Under the pieces are notes generated by a model. That model worked only from the letters and a program-made list of their open reading frames with translations, searched no databases and was not told the DNA's origin. From NCBI GenBank assembly GCA_963805065.1, contig CAWDSS010000010.1, positions 19,696 through 83,695 on the forward strand: a stretch of 64,000 bases of DNA. The letters run 5' to 3'. Origin of the DNA: Candidatus Omnitrophota bacterium (GTDB lineage Bacteria; Omnitrophota; Gorgyraeia; Gygaellales; Profunditerraquicolaceae). Below are positions 28,119 to 37,330 of the stretch, one piece after another; positions within the stretch are counted from its first letter, which is position 1; each line of letters opens with the position of its first letter. A program made the translations under genes and the position numbers.

Positions 28119-28133
28119 TTGACTTTTTTCTAC
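28119..28133 (-). promoter_or_regulatory. 15-nt motif GTAGAAAAAAGTCAA, copy 2 (minus strand)
   Basis: Exact 15-mer. Lies 41 nt upstream of a minus-strand TATAAT (28077-28072) that precedes the response-regulator operon. Confidence 0.45.
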
Positions 28134-28155
28134 ACAGGTTTTAAACAAAATGGCT

Positions 28156-28191
28156 TACAAAAAAAGCTATTGAAGAGTATTCAATAGCTTT
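28156..28191 (-). terminator. rho-independent terminator after the DedA gene
   Basis: 12-bp arms AAAGCTATTGAA and TTCAATAGCTTT. The minus strand continues TTTTTTGTAA. Confidence 0.65.
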
Positions 28192-28210
28192 AAGTTTTAA
28201 CCGGGTTAAA

Positions 28211-28813
28211 TTACGCCTGCAGCTTGGTATTGCCTCGGGACCCGTTATAGATTTTCCGGGTAAGTTTAACGGCAATAAAGATTAGTAAAAGGCCAAACAG
28301 GATTAATATAGCCGGCTTGGTATATTTCACAACCACCGAGCCAAACAATGCAAGTAGCAAAATCCGCGGCAAGACACCTATTAAGGTACATACGATAAAC
28401 GGTACAAAAGGTATATTGGCAATGCCTGCTGCAATGGAAAAAACTTTAAACGGCACTATCGGCACTAACCTCCCGATAAAAACACTGGCTACTCCGTATT
28501 TTTTTGCGAACGCTTCTGCTTTATAGATATGATGGGGTTTTATTAAAATGAATTTTCCGAATTTTAATATCGCCGGCATTGCAGCATATCTTCCTAGCGC
28601 ATAACCTACGGCTGCCCCCAATGTAGAACCCAAGCCTCCGAAGATAAGAATCGAGATAATCGGCAAACCTATGGCAGCTGCACCCGCGATAATTACTTCC
28701 GATGGAATTGGTACGATGCTTGATTCCAAAAACATCGCAACAAATAACCCGAAATCTCCCAGCTCAGTTACTGCGTGGTTCAAAGTATTAGCTAAAGCGT
28801 GTCCTTCTATCAT
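28211..28813 (-). CDS. DedA/VTT-family membrane protein
   Basis: FVAMFLESSIVPIPSEVII and GRLVPIVPFKVFSIAAG are typical DedA motifs. Confidence 0.85.
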   Translation of the reverse strand: MIEGHALANTLNHAVTELGDFGLFVAMFLESSIVPIPSEVIIAGAAAIGLPIISILIFGGLGSTLGAAVGYALGRYAAMPAILKFGKFILIKPHHIYKAEAFAKKYGVASVFIGRLVPIVPFKVFSIAAGIANIPFVPFIVCTLIGVLPRILLLALFGSVVVKYTKPAILILFGLLLIFIAVKLTRKIYNGSRGNTKLQA

Positions 28814-28901
28814 GTCGTAGTTATTTTATAAGAAAATGGCTGGGCGTGCAAGAAAAATCAGGGGCTGATCCTTAAGGGGAAGGATAGCCCTGATTTGGAT
28901 T

Positions 28902-29402
28902 TTATTGCGTTTTGGCAGGGCAAGGTTTAGATGAACCTTTTCTTTTTTCTAACCATTTTTGCAGGCGTTCTTTTTTGGCTTCATTACGCTTCTCTGCCAT
29001 CTGCTGAAAACTAGCAAACTGTTCAGGCGTAAGTATCTGCTTTACGGCAAAAATACCGTTGACCCTCTGATCAATGAGCTTTGCCTGCAGGGTTTTTATT
29101 TCTTTGACAATTGGCTCAACTGTAGCCCTGGAAACCTTGGGGTCCTTCAGCGCTTCCTGTAACTTAGCCTGTTTCTCCCTTATACCCGACAATAACTGCG
29201 TCATCTCCTGACTCTGAGCCTTGCGATTATCTGATAATTTTTGCTGCTGTTCAGGTGTCAAATTTAAGCCTTCAAAAATCTGCCCTTTGGATCCCTCAGG
29301 ACATTTTTTTGCCTCGCGTGGTGCCGGCATCTGGGCAAAACCTATGCTTACCGCAAGAAAAACTACTGCTAAAGTTATCAATGTTAATTTTGTTTTTTTC
29401 AT
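28902..29402 (-). CDS. periplasmic Spy/CpxP/ZraP-like protein (LTxxQ motifs)
   Basis: Signal peptide and two LTPEQ motifs (LNLTPEQQQKL, ILTPEQFASF). Confidence 0.7.
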   Translation of the reverse strand: MKKTKLTLITLAVVFLAVSIGFAQMPAPREAKKCPEGSKGQIFEGLNLTPEQQQKLSDNRKAQSQEMTQLLSGIREKQAKLQEALKDPKVSRATVEPIVKEIKTLQAKLIDQRVNGIFAVKQILTPEQFASFQQMAEKRNEAKKERLQKWLEKRKGSSKPCPAKTQ

Positions 29403-29452
29403 CTCCTTCTCCTTTCACTTGCTTAGACATATACACATCGAGAAAAGTTCCT

Positions 29453-29905
29453 CTAAAGAAAATATTCTTCTACGTTTGTACCCAGATTCAATAGTAAATC
29501 CTGACTGTCCTGGCTCAATAAATACTCAGTGATACTTTCATCTTTTGCTGTTTTGCCTGCCGAATGCTTCTGAATTATTATGCCGGCAAAATATGCAATG
29601 AAGATTACTAATGCCATAGCACTTGCCAAAGCAAATACCGGCCGTGTCCTAAAATGGATTACCCTGCTTTCCTTAGCTAATCTCTCCTCAATAATTGCAT
29701 TACGGATATTATGCCAAAGGCCTTGCGGCACATTTCGCTGTTTTGCGTTTTTAAATAGCAGGTGCTGAATTTGCAATTCTCTCTCCAAGTTACGGCAAAG
29801 GCTGCATTGTCTTAAGTGTTCTTTAATATACTGTTCTTCTGCCTGGTTAAGCATTCCGTCTAAATAATCGGTCTTGAGTAATTCCTGGATTCTAACACAG
29901 CGCAT
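29453..29905 (-). CDS. membrane anti-sigma factor, zf-HC2 type
   Basis: EHLRQCSLCRNLE (H-x3-C-x2-C) and one TM (FALASAMALVIFIAYFAGIII). Overlaps the sigma gene by 14 nt. Confidence 0.7.
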   Translation of the reverse strand: MRCVRIQELLKTDYLDGMLNQAEEQYIKEHLRQCSLCRNLERELQIQHLLFKNAKQRNVPQGLWHNIRNAIIEERLAKESRVIHFRTRPVFALASAMALVIFIAYFAGIIIQKHSAGKTAKDESITEYLLSQDSQDLLLNLGTNVEEYFL

Positions 29906-30458
29906 TTTTCACCAACCCCTTTCTTGCCTGAACTAAGAGGGCTTCACGAGCCCGTTTTAACCGGGACCGCACGGTATTTATGGGAATGCTCAAAGCCAAA
30001 GCAATTTCCTGATAACTCAATCCTTCAATCTCCCGTAATACTAAACATGCCTTAAATTCTGGATTTAACGAGCCTAATAAAGTATTAAGTCTGGTTTCAT
30101 TATCGCCCTGTGAAACCTGTTCAATGGTTCTATTTTCTGCAGCCAAAGATTCACTGACAGTGTCATAGCCTAACCTGTCTTTTTCTTCTCTTGTAGTTTT
30201 TCGATAACGGTTAATTGCAGTATTGACCGTAATCCTGTAAACCCAGGTTTTAAATGCCGAGCGGAACTGGAAATTCTTTAAGTTGTGATAAATCTTCATA
30301 AAAACATCCTGCGTAACTTCTTGGGCATCGGCACTGTTATGAGTAATCCTAAGGGCAACGTTGTAAACGAAAGTGCTGGCTGATTTATAAATCTGCTCAA
30401 AGGCATCAATATCCCCTTTAGAGGCACGTATGAGTATGTCTATATTGATATTCTCCAT
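29892..30458 (-). CDS. ECF-type RNA polymerase sigma-70 factor
   Basis: Region 2 (AQEVTQDVFMKIYHNLKNF) and region 4 (GLSYQEIALALSIPINTVRSRLKRAREAL). Confidence 0.85.
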   Translation of the reverse strand: MENINIDILIRASKGDIDAFEQIYKSASTFVYNVALRITHNSADAQEVTQDVFMKIYHNLKNFQFRSAFKTWVYRITVNTAINRYRKTTREEKDRLGYDTVSESLAAENRTIEQVSQGDNETRLNTLLGSLNPEFKACLVLREIEGLSYQEIALALSIPINTVRSRLKRAREALLVQARKGLVKNALC

Positions 30459-30567
30459 TAAAGCCTTCCATTAAATTAGACAAAATTTATCCCAAAAAAG
30501 TTCCTTAGATAAAAATAGCCTTGATTTGGCATTTCGTCAAGGCTATTTTGTGTATTAACAAAGAATA

Positions 30568-31110
30568 TTACTTGCTATATAAGGCTCTTAACTGGTCTAC
30601 GGTAGGATGGCCAGGATAAAACTCTCCCTGCGGCCCAACATAGCCGTTATTATGCTTAACCAAAGTTACAGGAGTGTAACTACCATTTGAATTGGGAACG
30701 TTTATGGTAATCCTTTCGCCGTACGTTACATTGCTGGGTGTTGTTACAACATTAGTTGCTACCGGCTGTTGAACAACAACATATCCTCCAGGGCAATCTC
30801 TGTAGTAAGTATTGTCATAGTAATAATAACGCGCGCCGCCTACCAGAATAGTCCTACGCCCCGCCGGCAAAACCGTAATAACTGCTCCTATCGGAGGCGC
30901 AACAAGAAAAAATCCCAGACCGAATAATCCTGCTCTAAAGAATCTGCCGTCACTGTAATGATACCTCTGATTCCTGACTACGACTACTTCATGCCTGCGC
31001 GGAAGGTCCCTGCGCCATCCTTCCGCAGATGCCTCTTGAAAAGGCATGGCCATAATTAAACTGACTGCCGCTATCACAACAACCTTTTTTAAAATTTTAT
31101 TTCTATTCAT
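30568..31110 (-). CDS. secreted Tyr-rich hypothetical protein (paralog of 61005-61553)
   Basis: Signal peptide. GARYYYYDNTYYRDCPGGYVVV and a C-terminal GYVGPQGEFYPGHPTVDQLRALY are shared with the paralog. Confidence 0.5.
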   Translation of the reverse strand: MNRNKILKKVVVIAAVSLIMAMPFQEASAEGWRRDLPRRHEVVVVRNQRYHYSDGRFFRAGLFGLGFFLVAPPIGAVITVLPAGRRTILVGGARYYYYDNTYYRDCPGGYVVVQQPVATNVVTTPSNVTYGERITINVPNSNGSYTPVTLVKHNNGYVGPQGEFYPGHPTVDQLRALYSK

Positions 31111-31172
31111 ATTCTTCCTCCTCTCGCCACATTAGACAATAGCAAAAGATAAAAAGTTCCCTGCTTTTTTAA

Positions 31173-32210
31173 TTACATCACACCCGGTATGTGGCAGGTA
31201 GGCTTCATTCCGCGCTTCTGATAAAAACCCTGATGATATTCTTCAGCTTTATAGAATTCCTTTGCCGGTAGAATTTGCGTTACAATCGGATTCTTGAACT
31301 TGTGTGAATCTTCTAATTTCTTCAGGGATAAATACGCAGCCTTTTCCTGCTCAGGCGTATAATAGAAAATCGCCGAGCGGTATTGATTGCCGATATCCAT
31401 ACCCTGCCTGTCTTTTGTGGTGGGATCATGTATACTCCAGAAAACATTCAACAAATCCCCATAAGAAACCATTGCAGGGTCATATTCAACCTGTACGGCT
31501 TCTGCGTGGCCTGTAGCATGCGAAGAAACTTGTTCATAGGTAGGGTTTTTTAATGTGCCGCCTGTGTAACCGGAAGTTGCGCTAACAACTCCTTTTACTT
31601 GGCTGAATGCTGCCTCAACTCCCCAGAAACAACCCGCGGCAAAAATCGCCTTTGCTAAATCTTCGTGCTTGGCCCGCACAATCTTTTTGAATTTGATGGC
31701 TACGGCATTAATACAATAGCGCTTGCCTGTAGGCGGCGGGCCATCATCAAACACATGCCCCAGGTGCGCCCCGCAGCGGCTGCAAAGCACCTCGACCCTA
31801 TGCGTCCCGAAGCTGTCGTCGGGCTCTTCCTTAATATTTAACTCCGAGACCGGTTCCCAGAAACTAGGCCAACCCGTACCTGATTCAAATTTTGTGGTAA
31901 CTAAAAATAAATCCGTCCCGCAATCAACGCATTCATATACTCCGATTTCACCTTTCCTAGGGATAGGGCAGCTTCCGCTAAACGGAGGTTCTGTGCCTTT
32001 AAGCCTAGTAATGCGAAATTGCTCAGGCGTAAGAATCTTCTTCCATTCAGCTTCGGCCTTCTGAATTTTCTCCACTTCTTCAATTTGGCCAGTTTCAGCA
32101 TTAAAAATTTTGATTTTATCCTCTTCTTTGGAGAATCCCTGCATAACTTCTCCCGGCAAAAAAAACAATAACCAAAAAATAACAAAAAACAGCAATCCTT
32201 TATATTTCAT
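31173..32210 (-). CDS. msrAB: exported bifunctional methionine sulfoxide reductase MsrB-MsrA
   Basis: MsrB half (CxxC...CxxC, RYCINAVAI) followed by the MsrA half (GCFWGVEAAF). N-terminal hydrophobic signal. Confidence 0.9.
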   Translation of the reverse strand: MKYKGLLFFVIFWLLFFLPGEVMQGFSKEEDKIKIFNAETGQIEEVEKIQKAEAEWKKILTPEQFRITRLKGTEPPFSGSCPIPRKGEIGVYECVDCGTDLFLVTTKFESGTGWPSFWEPVSELNIKEEPDDSFGTHRVEVLCSRCGAHLGHVFDDGPPPTGKRYCINAVAIKFKKIVRAKHEDLAKAIFAAGCFWGVEAAFSQVKGVVSATSGYTGGTLKNPTYEQVSSHATGHAEAVQVEYDPAMVSYGDLLNVFWSIHDPTTKDRQGMDIGNQYRSAIFYYTPEQEKAAYLSLKKLEDSHKFKNPIVTQILPAKEFYKAEEYHQGFYQKRGMKPTCHIPGVM

Positions 32211-32248
32211 GCTTTTATCATGTCACTTATGCCTGATTCTGCACGCAC

Positions 32249-32371
32249 CTACTTCGTTTCTTTTTTGCACACCATGCAATACTTTTCATGCATGCATTTG
32301 ATAAAAGTTTTTGCCAAAACAAGAACTATTATCAATAGCACTATCTGTCCAAATAATCCCCAATCCATCAT
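32249..32371 (-). CDS. possible 40-aa TM mini-protein with Cys-rich tail
   Basis: Hand translation: MMDWGLFGQIVLLIIVLVLAKTFIKCMHEKYCMVCKKETK. Shine-Dalgarno GGAGGTG lies 5 nt upstream. Sits between a TATAAT box and msrBA. Confidence 0.3.
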   Translation of the reverse strand: MMDWGLFGQIVLLIIVLVLAKTFIKCMHEKYCMVCKKETK

Positions 32372-32451
32372 AAGCACCTCCCTGTTATCTTAATTCTAGC
32401 TTTATTATAGAATGGAAAAGCTTAACGTAAATTGGCCGTTTCCTCTTTTTC

Positions 32452-32466
32452 TTGACTTTTTTCTAC
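32452..32466 (-). promoter_or_regulatory. 15-nt motif GTAGAAAAAAGTCAA, copy 3 (minus strand)
   Basis: Exact 15-mer. Lies 42 nt upstream of a minus-strand TATAAT (32409-32404) preceding the mini-ORF and msrBA. Confidence 0.45.
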
Positions 32467-32472
32467 CTTGGA

Positions 32473-35199
32473 TTAAAAGATACCCTTCCTCTCCACCGGC
32501 AAAGTAATGGTTACGATTGTGCCCTTGCCCTTTTTGCTTGAAAGGCTTACAGACCCGTCATGGAGAGCCATTATCTGCTTACATACTGCCAACCCCAAAC
32601 CTGTGCCGTTTGCCTTTGTGGTGAAAAACGGGTCAAATACCTTGTCTAAATACTCCTGCTCTATTCCTTCACCATTATCCTTGATGGAAATGATGGCGGA
32701 ATTTCCATCAACCACTGCCGTAACTTCTATCCTGCCTTTTTTATTCTCCTCTATGGCATCAAAGGCATTATGCAGGATATTGACAAATACTTCCTTAATC
32801 TGAAGGGGATCTGCTTCAAAGGTCAGCTCTTTTATAGGTTCTAAATTTTTCCTGACTGATAAGGATTTAAGAGAGAACCGCTTGGAAACCTCATCTATTG
32901 ATGCCTTGAGTATATTACAAACATTTATATTCCTAAGATGTGCTACCTTTATCTTGGAGTAAAAAAGAAGGTTATTGATAATCTGTTCACTCTCCATAAC
33001 CTTGATGTCGATATTATTAAGGTGGCTTTCTAAGCGCGGATCATTGGCCTTGCGTTTAATGTTGAATGCCGCCAGTTTAACACTTGCTAAAGGATTGCGC
33101 AGTTCATGCGCAACAGTTGCAGCAAGCATTCCGATATCCGAAAGGCGCTTTGCCCGCTCTAAATCTGTTTGAGCAGTTAAAAGTTCTTGGGCCTGTTCTT
33201 CTGCGAGTTTCTTTAAAGTTTCTTTATCGCGTTTTAACACCTCTTCGGCTTTCTTGCGCTCGGTGATGTCATGTACCATCCCGACTGACCGGATAATCTT
33301 AGCTGATTCATTACGAGAGTGCTCGCATTTTTCATGTACGAAACGAATCTCACCATCTGACTTTCTTATTATCCGGTGATCGATTTCGTAGGTATCCCTT
33401 CCTTCGCGTAGAGAGCTGGAATATGCAGCATCAACCGCCGCACGGTCATCCGGATGTACAGCTTCAAGAAAAGCCTCATACGTAGCGCCAAACTCCTGTG
33501 GCTTCAGGCCAAAGATGCGGTACACCTCATCCGACCAAGATAAACTATTGTTCACAATATCAAGTTCCCAACTACCAAGATGTGCCATCTCTTGTGCCCT
33601 ACTCATTCGCTTTTCGCTTTCACGCAATGCTTCCTCAGCCTTTTTGAGTTCAGTAATATCGATACTAAAACCGATTATCCCCACCGTATTTCCCAACTCA
33701 TCTACATACGGTACCTTATCCGTCTGCGCCAATATAGTACCTGTATGAGTCTGCATTGGTTCGATTATTCCACGTTTTGCTTTACCGGATTTTATTACGT
33801 CCAAATCATCCTTCCAAAATGCCTCTGCCTGCTCTTTAGGATATATTTCGTCCAGGCATTTTCCCTCTAGCTCTTTTTTATGCATACCCATAGCATTTTC
33901 AAATGCCTTATTAGTACGGATAAAACAGTTTTTCTTATCTTTGTAGAAAACCATTGCCGGCACAGAATCAAGGATTGTCTGTAGCTCCTCGCGCTGACGA
34001 GAGGCTACTGCTTCGGCGTGTATACGCTCAATGATTTCTTTGTCTAACTCATCACGCGAAGCAGTAACTGTTTTTAAATCCTGGGTCATTTTGTCAAATG
34101 CCCTTGACAGCTGCCCAATTTCATCCTTCAAATTAGTCCCCACTTTATAGTCTAAATTTCCGCTTCCCACCATTTCCACGCCCTTAGAGAGTCTTTTAAT
34201 CGGTTCGGCAATGGACTGAGAAATAGAAAATGCCATTATCCCGGATAAAACCAAAACAATGAGCATAATTAGAGTTACCAATTTCTTCAAATTCTCTACA
34301 TCGGCAAACGCCTCCTCTGAATCTATCTTAGCCACCAACCCCCAATCCAGCAAAGGAATATGCTGCCAGGCAGCAACAACTTGCTTACCCCGGTAATCAG
34401 TTGTCAGGCCAGCTCCGCTTTTACCTTGCACAGCTTCCTGGATAGGAAAACCAATCCTGCCTCCAAGTAATATTGCTTTTTTAAGGGCAGCTTCCTGTTT
34501 ATATTTAAGCGGGCTTAAATATACCGCTTGATTGCCTATTTTCTTTCCAATCAAGGTTTCCCCACTATTGCCAAGCCCCGCCCTTTCCTGAACAAGCTTA
34601 TGAATGGGTGATATATCCACTTCAAAAGCAATAACCCCGATGAAACAATTGTTAAAATCATAAACCGGAGCAGTAATTAACACCCCTGGTTTATTGTCTT
34701 CTGTTTTGTTGAAGAAAACATCCGAGAAATAAACTTTATTTTTCCCTTCTTGAAATGCCTTTTGCTGGGTGTCAGGAAGAAAATTTAAAAAGTCTTTTGA
34801 ATAGTGCCTTGGATTACTAGAGTAGACGATTTTTCCTTCGGGATTAACCAGCATTACATCAGACAGCCCAAAAACTTGTTGCGTTTGTTTTGCCGGGCCA
34901 TCAACAAGTTTTTTTGCAGCGAGGAATTGCGGATTATCCGGTTGGGTTGCAAATTGGTTCAGTATCGGCAGGTCTTTCTTAATTGCATAGGATTTCTCTG
35001 ACAGCTCTATGCCTGCCTTTAATCCGGTAAAATATGTTTCTATTTTATCCGCCTTAAAAGCAACGATGTTGCGTAATTCCGAGATGTGGTTAGAGACTAA
35101 GGAATTCTTGTAATTATTGAATGTCAACAGCCCGACAAATAACGCAGGGATTAAAGCAATTGCCAGGAATAAAACGATAAGTTTTAATCTGATAGACAT
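32473..35199 (-). CDS. sensor histidine kinase (Cache-like periplasmic domain, HAMP, 2x PAS, HisKA, HATPase)
   Basis: Two TMs flank a periplasmic domain of about 280 aa. H-box ATVAHELRNPL. N/G boxes NILHNAFDA and DNGEGI...GTGLGL. Confidence 0.9.
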   Translation of the reverse strand: MSIRLKLIVLFLAIALIPALFVGLLTFNNYKNSLVSNHISELRNIVAFKADKIETYFTGLKAGIELSEKSYAIKKDLPILNQFATQPDNPQFLAAKKLVDGPAKQTQQVFGLSDVMLVNPEGKIVYSSNPRHYSKDFLNFLPDTQQKAFQEGKNKVYFSDVFFNKTEDNKPGVLITAPVYDFNNCFIGVIAFEVDISPIHKLVQERAGLGNSGETLIGKKIGNQAVYLSPLKYKQEAALKKAILLGGRIGFPIQEAVQGKSGAGLTTDYRGKQVVAAWQHIPLLDWGLVAKIDSEEAFADVENLKKLVTLIMLIVLVLSGIMAFSISQSIAEPIKRLSKGVEMVGSGNLDYKVGTNLKDEIGQLSRAFDKMTQDLKTVTASRDELDKEIIERIHAEAVASRQREELQTILDSVPAMVFYKDKKNCFIRTNKAFENAMGMHKKELEGKCLDEIYPKEQAEAFWKDDLDVIKSGKAKRGIIEPMQTHTGTILAQTDKVPYVDELGNTVGIIGFSIDITELKKAEEALRESEKRMSRAQEMAHLGSWELDIVNNSLSWSDEVYRIFGLKPQEFGATYEAFLEAVHPDDRAAVDAAYSSSLREGRDTYEIDHRIIRKSDGEIRFVHEKCEHSRNESAKIIRSVGMVHDITERKKAEEVLKRDKETLKKLAEEQAQELLTAQTDLERAKRLSDIGMLAATVAHELRNPLASVKLAAFNIKRKANDPRLESHLNNIDIKVMESEQIINNLLFYSKIKVAHLRNINVCNILKASIDEVSKRFSLKSLSVRKNLEPIKELTFEADPLQIKEVFVNILHNAFDAIEENKKGRIEVTAVVDGNSAIISIKDNGEGIEQEYLDKVFDPFFTTKANGTGLGLAVCKQIMALHDGSVSLSSKKGKGTIVTITLPVERKGIF

Positions 35200-35221
35200 A
35201 GAAATCCTCTACCTATTAAAA

Positions 35222-36040
35222 TTATGGGAATTTACATTTGCAATAAACCTTTTGTCTTCTGTTAAGTGTTTCCTTATTTAAACTAAAAATGCAGTCGTAA
35301 AGTTTTTCCTTGAAACTGCCTGGACCGCGGGATGATTTGACAGCGCATTCTGCAGCAACTTCAAAACAGACAAGGGCACAAGTTGCAGCATAAGCTAAAT
35401 CCGGTTCAACAGCGCAAAACGTAGCGATCGCAGACGTAGCCATGCAGCCTGTACCTACAAGGTGAGTCATCATAGGGTGGCCGTTTTTTATAAGGTATGT
35501 AAGTTTGGAGTCGCTGACGATATCGTCCTTGCCCGTTACAACTACTGTGCAATTTTGCTTTCTGGCAAGATTCCTGGCTAAAGTTATCATATCCTTAGCC
35601 ACATGCCCTGCATCCACACCCTTTGTCTTAACCGCCTCTCCGCTAATGCGGGCGATTTCAGAAACATTGCCTTTAATAACATTTATTTTTGCTGCCTTAA
35701 GCAGCTCAAAACTTTTTCTATCTCGTAATTTAGTAGCTCCTACGCCACATACATCAAGAATAACTGGTATGCCTTTCTTATTAGCACTAATTGCCGCTAT
35801 TTTCATTGCCTCAACTAACTCAATTGTCAATGTGCCTATGTTTAAGACTAAGCTTGAGGATATCTTTGCCATTTCAGCGGCTTCTTCTTTTGCATGCGCC
35901 ATCACCGGAGATGCCCCCAATACCTTTACAATATTTGCACAATCATAAATCGTAACCCAATTAGTCAGGTGATGCACAACCGGCTTATTCTTCCTGATCT
36001 TTTCTAGCAGATTATATGCGTTGATTTTGATCTTTTCCAT
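35222..36040 (-). CDS. thiM: hydroxyethylthiazole kinase
   Basis: VHHLTNWVTIYDCANIVKVLGASPVMAH and GTGCMATS are ThiM-like. About 270 aa. Confidence 0.85.
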   Translation of the reverse strand: MEKIKINAYNLLEKIRKNKPVVHHLTNWVTIYDCANIVKVLGASPVMAHAKEEAAEMAKISSSLVLNIGTLTIELVEAMKIAAISANKKGIPVILDVCGVGATKLRDRKSFELLKAAKINVIKGNVSEIARISGEAVKTKGVDAGHVAKDMITLARNLARKQNCTVVVTGKDDIVSDSKLTYLIKNGHPMMTHLVGTGCMATSAIATFCAVEPDLAYAATCALVCFEVAAECAVKSSRGPGSFKEKLYDCIFSLNKETLNRRQKVYCKCKFP

Positions 36041-36086
36041 ATTTTAGCCTTCAAAAGACTATTATCAACTAATTTTGCTGTCTTGA

Positions 36087-36473
36087 TTACCTGCCGCCAA
36101 AAAGGCTATAACATAAGACCGCCAGTACTATACAGGTCGTTACTACATACATAAAATCCCTTTGACGCAAAAATGCAAAAACAGAAAGCAATACCCTGGC
36201 TATGGGAATAGCAATCAGCACCAACAACCCAAGCTGTATCAGGCCGCGGCCGTGGAAAGAAAATGCATATTTTATAATCCCTGCTACATGGCGTAATTCC
36301 GGAGGCTCTCCTTGAAAAACTTTATAATCAGGCAAAGTTAATCCGTGCCGAGATATATAAATTAATCCGCCTAAACCAACCAAAAAAGCTGCCATAACAA
36401 CGCCTGTTCTTAAAAGATCTCCGATGAATATCTGTATTTGATGGTCGCTTAATCTGTTACTTTGACTTTCCAT
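36087..36473 (-). CDS. DUF1634 membrane protein
   Basis: About 128 aa with 3-4 TMs. Sits in the usual position downstream of a TauE/SafE gene. Confidence 0.6.
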   Translation of the reverse strand: MESQSNRLSDHQIQIFIGDLLRTGVVMAAFLVGLGGLIYISRHGLTLPDYKVFQGEPPELRHVAGIIKYAFSFHGRGLIQLGLLVLIAIPIARVLLSVFAFLRQRDFMYVVTTCIVLAVLCYSLFGGR

Positions 36474-36474
36474 A

Positions 36475-37311
36475 TTAAAAATGCCCCTTCAACCCCGAAT
36501 AAATCATCTCAATTGCCAATAGCAGGATAACCGCGCTAAAAATTATGCGTAAGTTCTCAGTCTTTGCCATAAACAATTGGCGTGAGCCGGCAAATGAACC
36601 TAATAAAACTCCCAGCATTACCGGCATGGCTAAACCTGGATCGATAAAGCCTCGGTTAAGATATATCCCGGCGCTGGCTGCTGCGGTAACACCAATCATG
36701 AAATTGCTTGTCGCAGTAGATACCTTAAACGGAATATGCATGGCCTGATCCAAGGCAAGCACTTTGACTGCGCCTGAGCCGATTCCCAGCAATCCCGAAA
36801 GGCTACCAGCGAAGAACATAATACAGAAACCCACCGGCACACCTTGCACATGATAGTATTCAAAACCTCCGGGGACAGGATATTTGCCGTCAAGTTTTAA
36901 ACGGATTGCCAATGCATCCGGTTTATTAGATAGTTCAGGTTCAGTTATGCGTTTCAGTGTGAGATAGGAAGAATATACCAATATGGCTCCAAAAATTACT
37001 GCGATAACGGAAGCGGATAACATTGTGGCAATGAAAGCGCCCAGAAGCGCTCCCAGGGTTGTGGCGACTTCCAGAAACATCCCGATACGAATATTACTAA
37101 AACCCTCTTTTACATAAGCTGACGCTGCCCCTGAAGAAGTTGCGATTACTGAAACCAAAGATGCTCCAATTGCATACCGGATATCCACTCCAAACGCAAG
37201 CGTCAATAACGGGACAATAACAACTCCTCCGCCTAACCCTGTTAAAGCTCCCAGAAATCCAGCCGCAAGCGACACCAACCCGACAAGTACTGTAAATACC
37301 AAAATATTCAT
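36475..37311 (-). CDS. TauE/SafE (TSUP) family anion exporter
   Basis: Internally duplicated 4-TM repeats with GxGGG motifs (LTGLGGGVVIVP, LLGIGSGAVKV). Confidence 0.85.
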   Translation of the reverse strand: MNILVFTVLVGLVSLAAGFLGALTGLGGGVVIVPLLTLAFGVDIRYAIGASLVSVIATSSGAASAYVKEGFSNIRIGMFLEVATTLGALLGAFIATMLSASVIAVIFGAILVYSSYLTLKRITEPELSNKPDALAIRLKLDGKYPVPGGFEYYHVQGVPVGFCIMFFAGSLSGLLGIGSGAVKVLALDQAMHIPFKVSTATSNFMIGVTAAASAGIYLNRGFIDPGLAMPVMLGVLLGSFAGSRQLFMAKTENLRIIFSAVILLLAIEMIYSGLKGHF

Positions 37312-37330
37312 AATTATTGCCTATCCAGTA

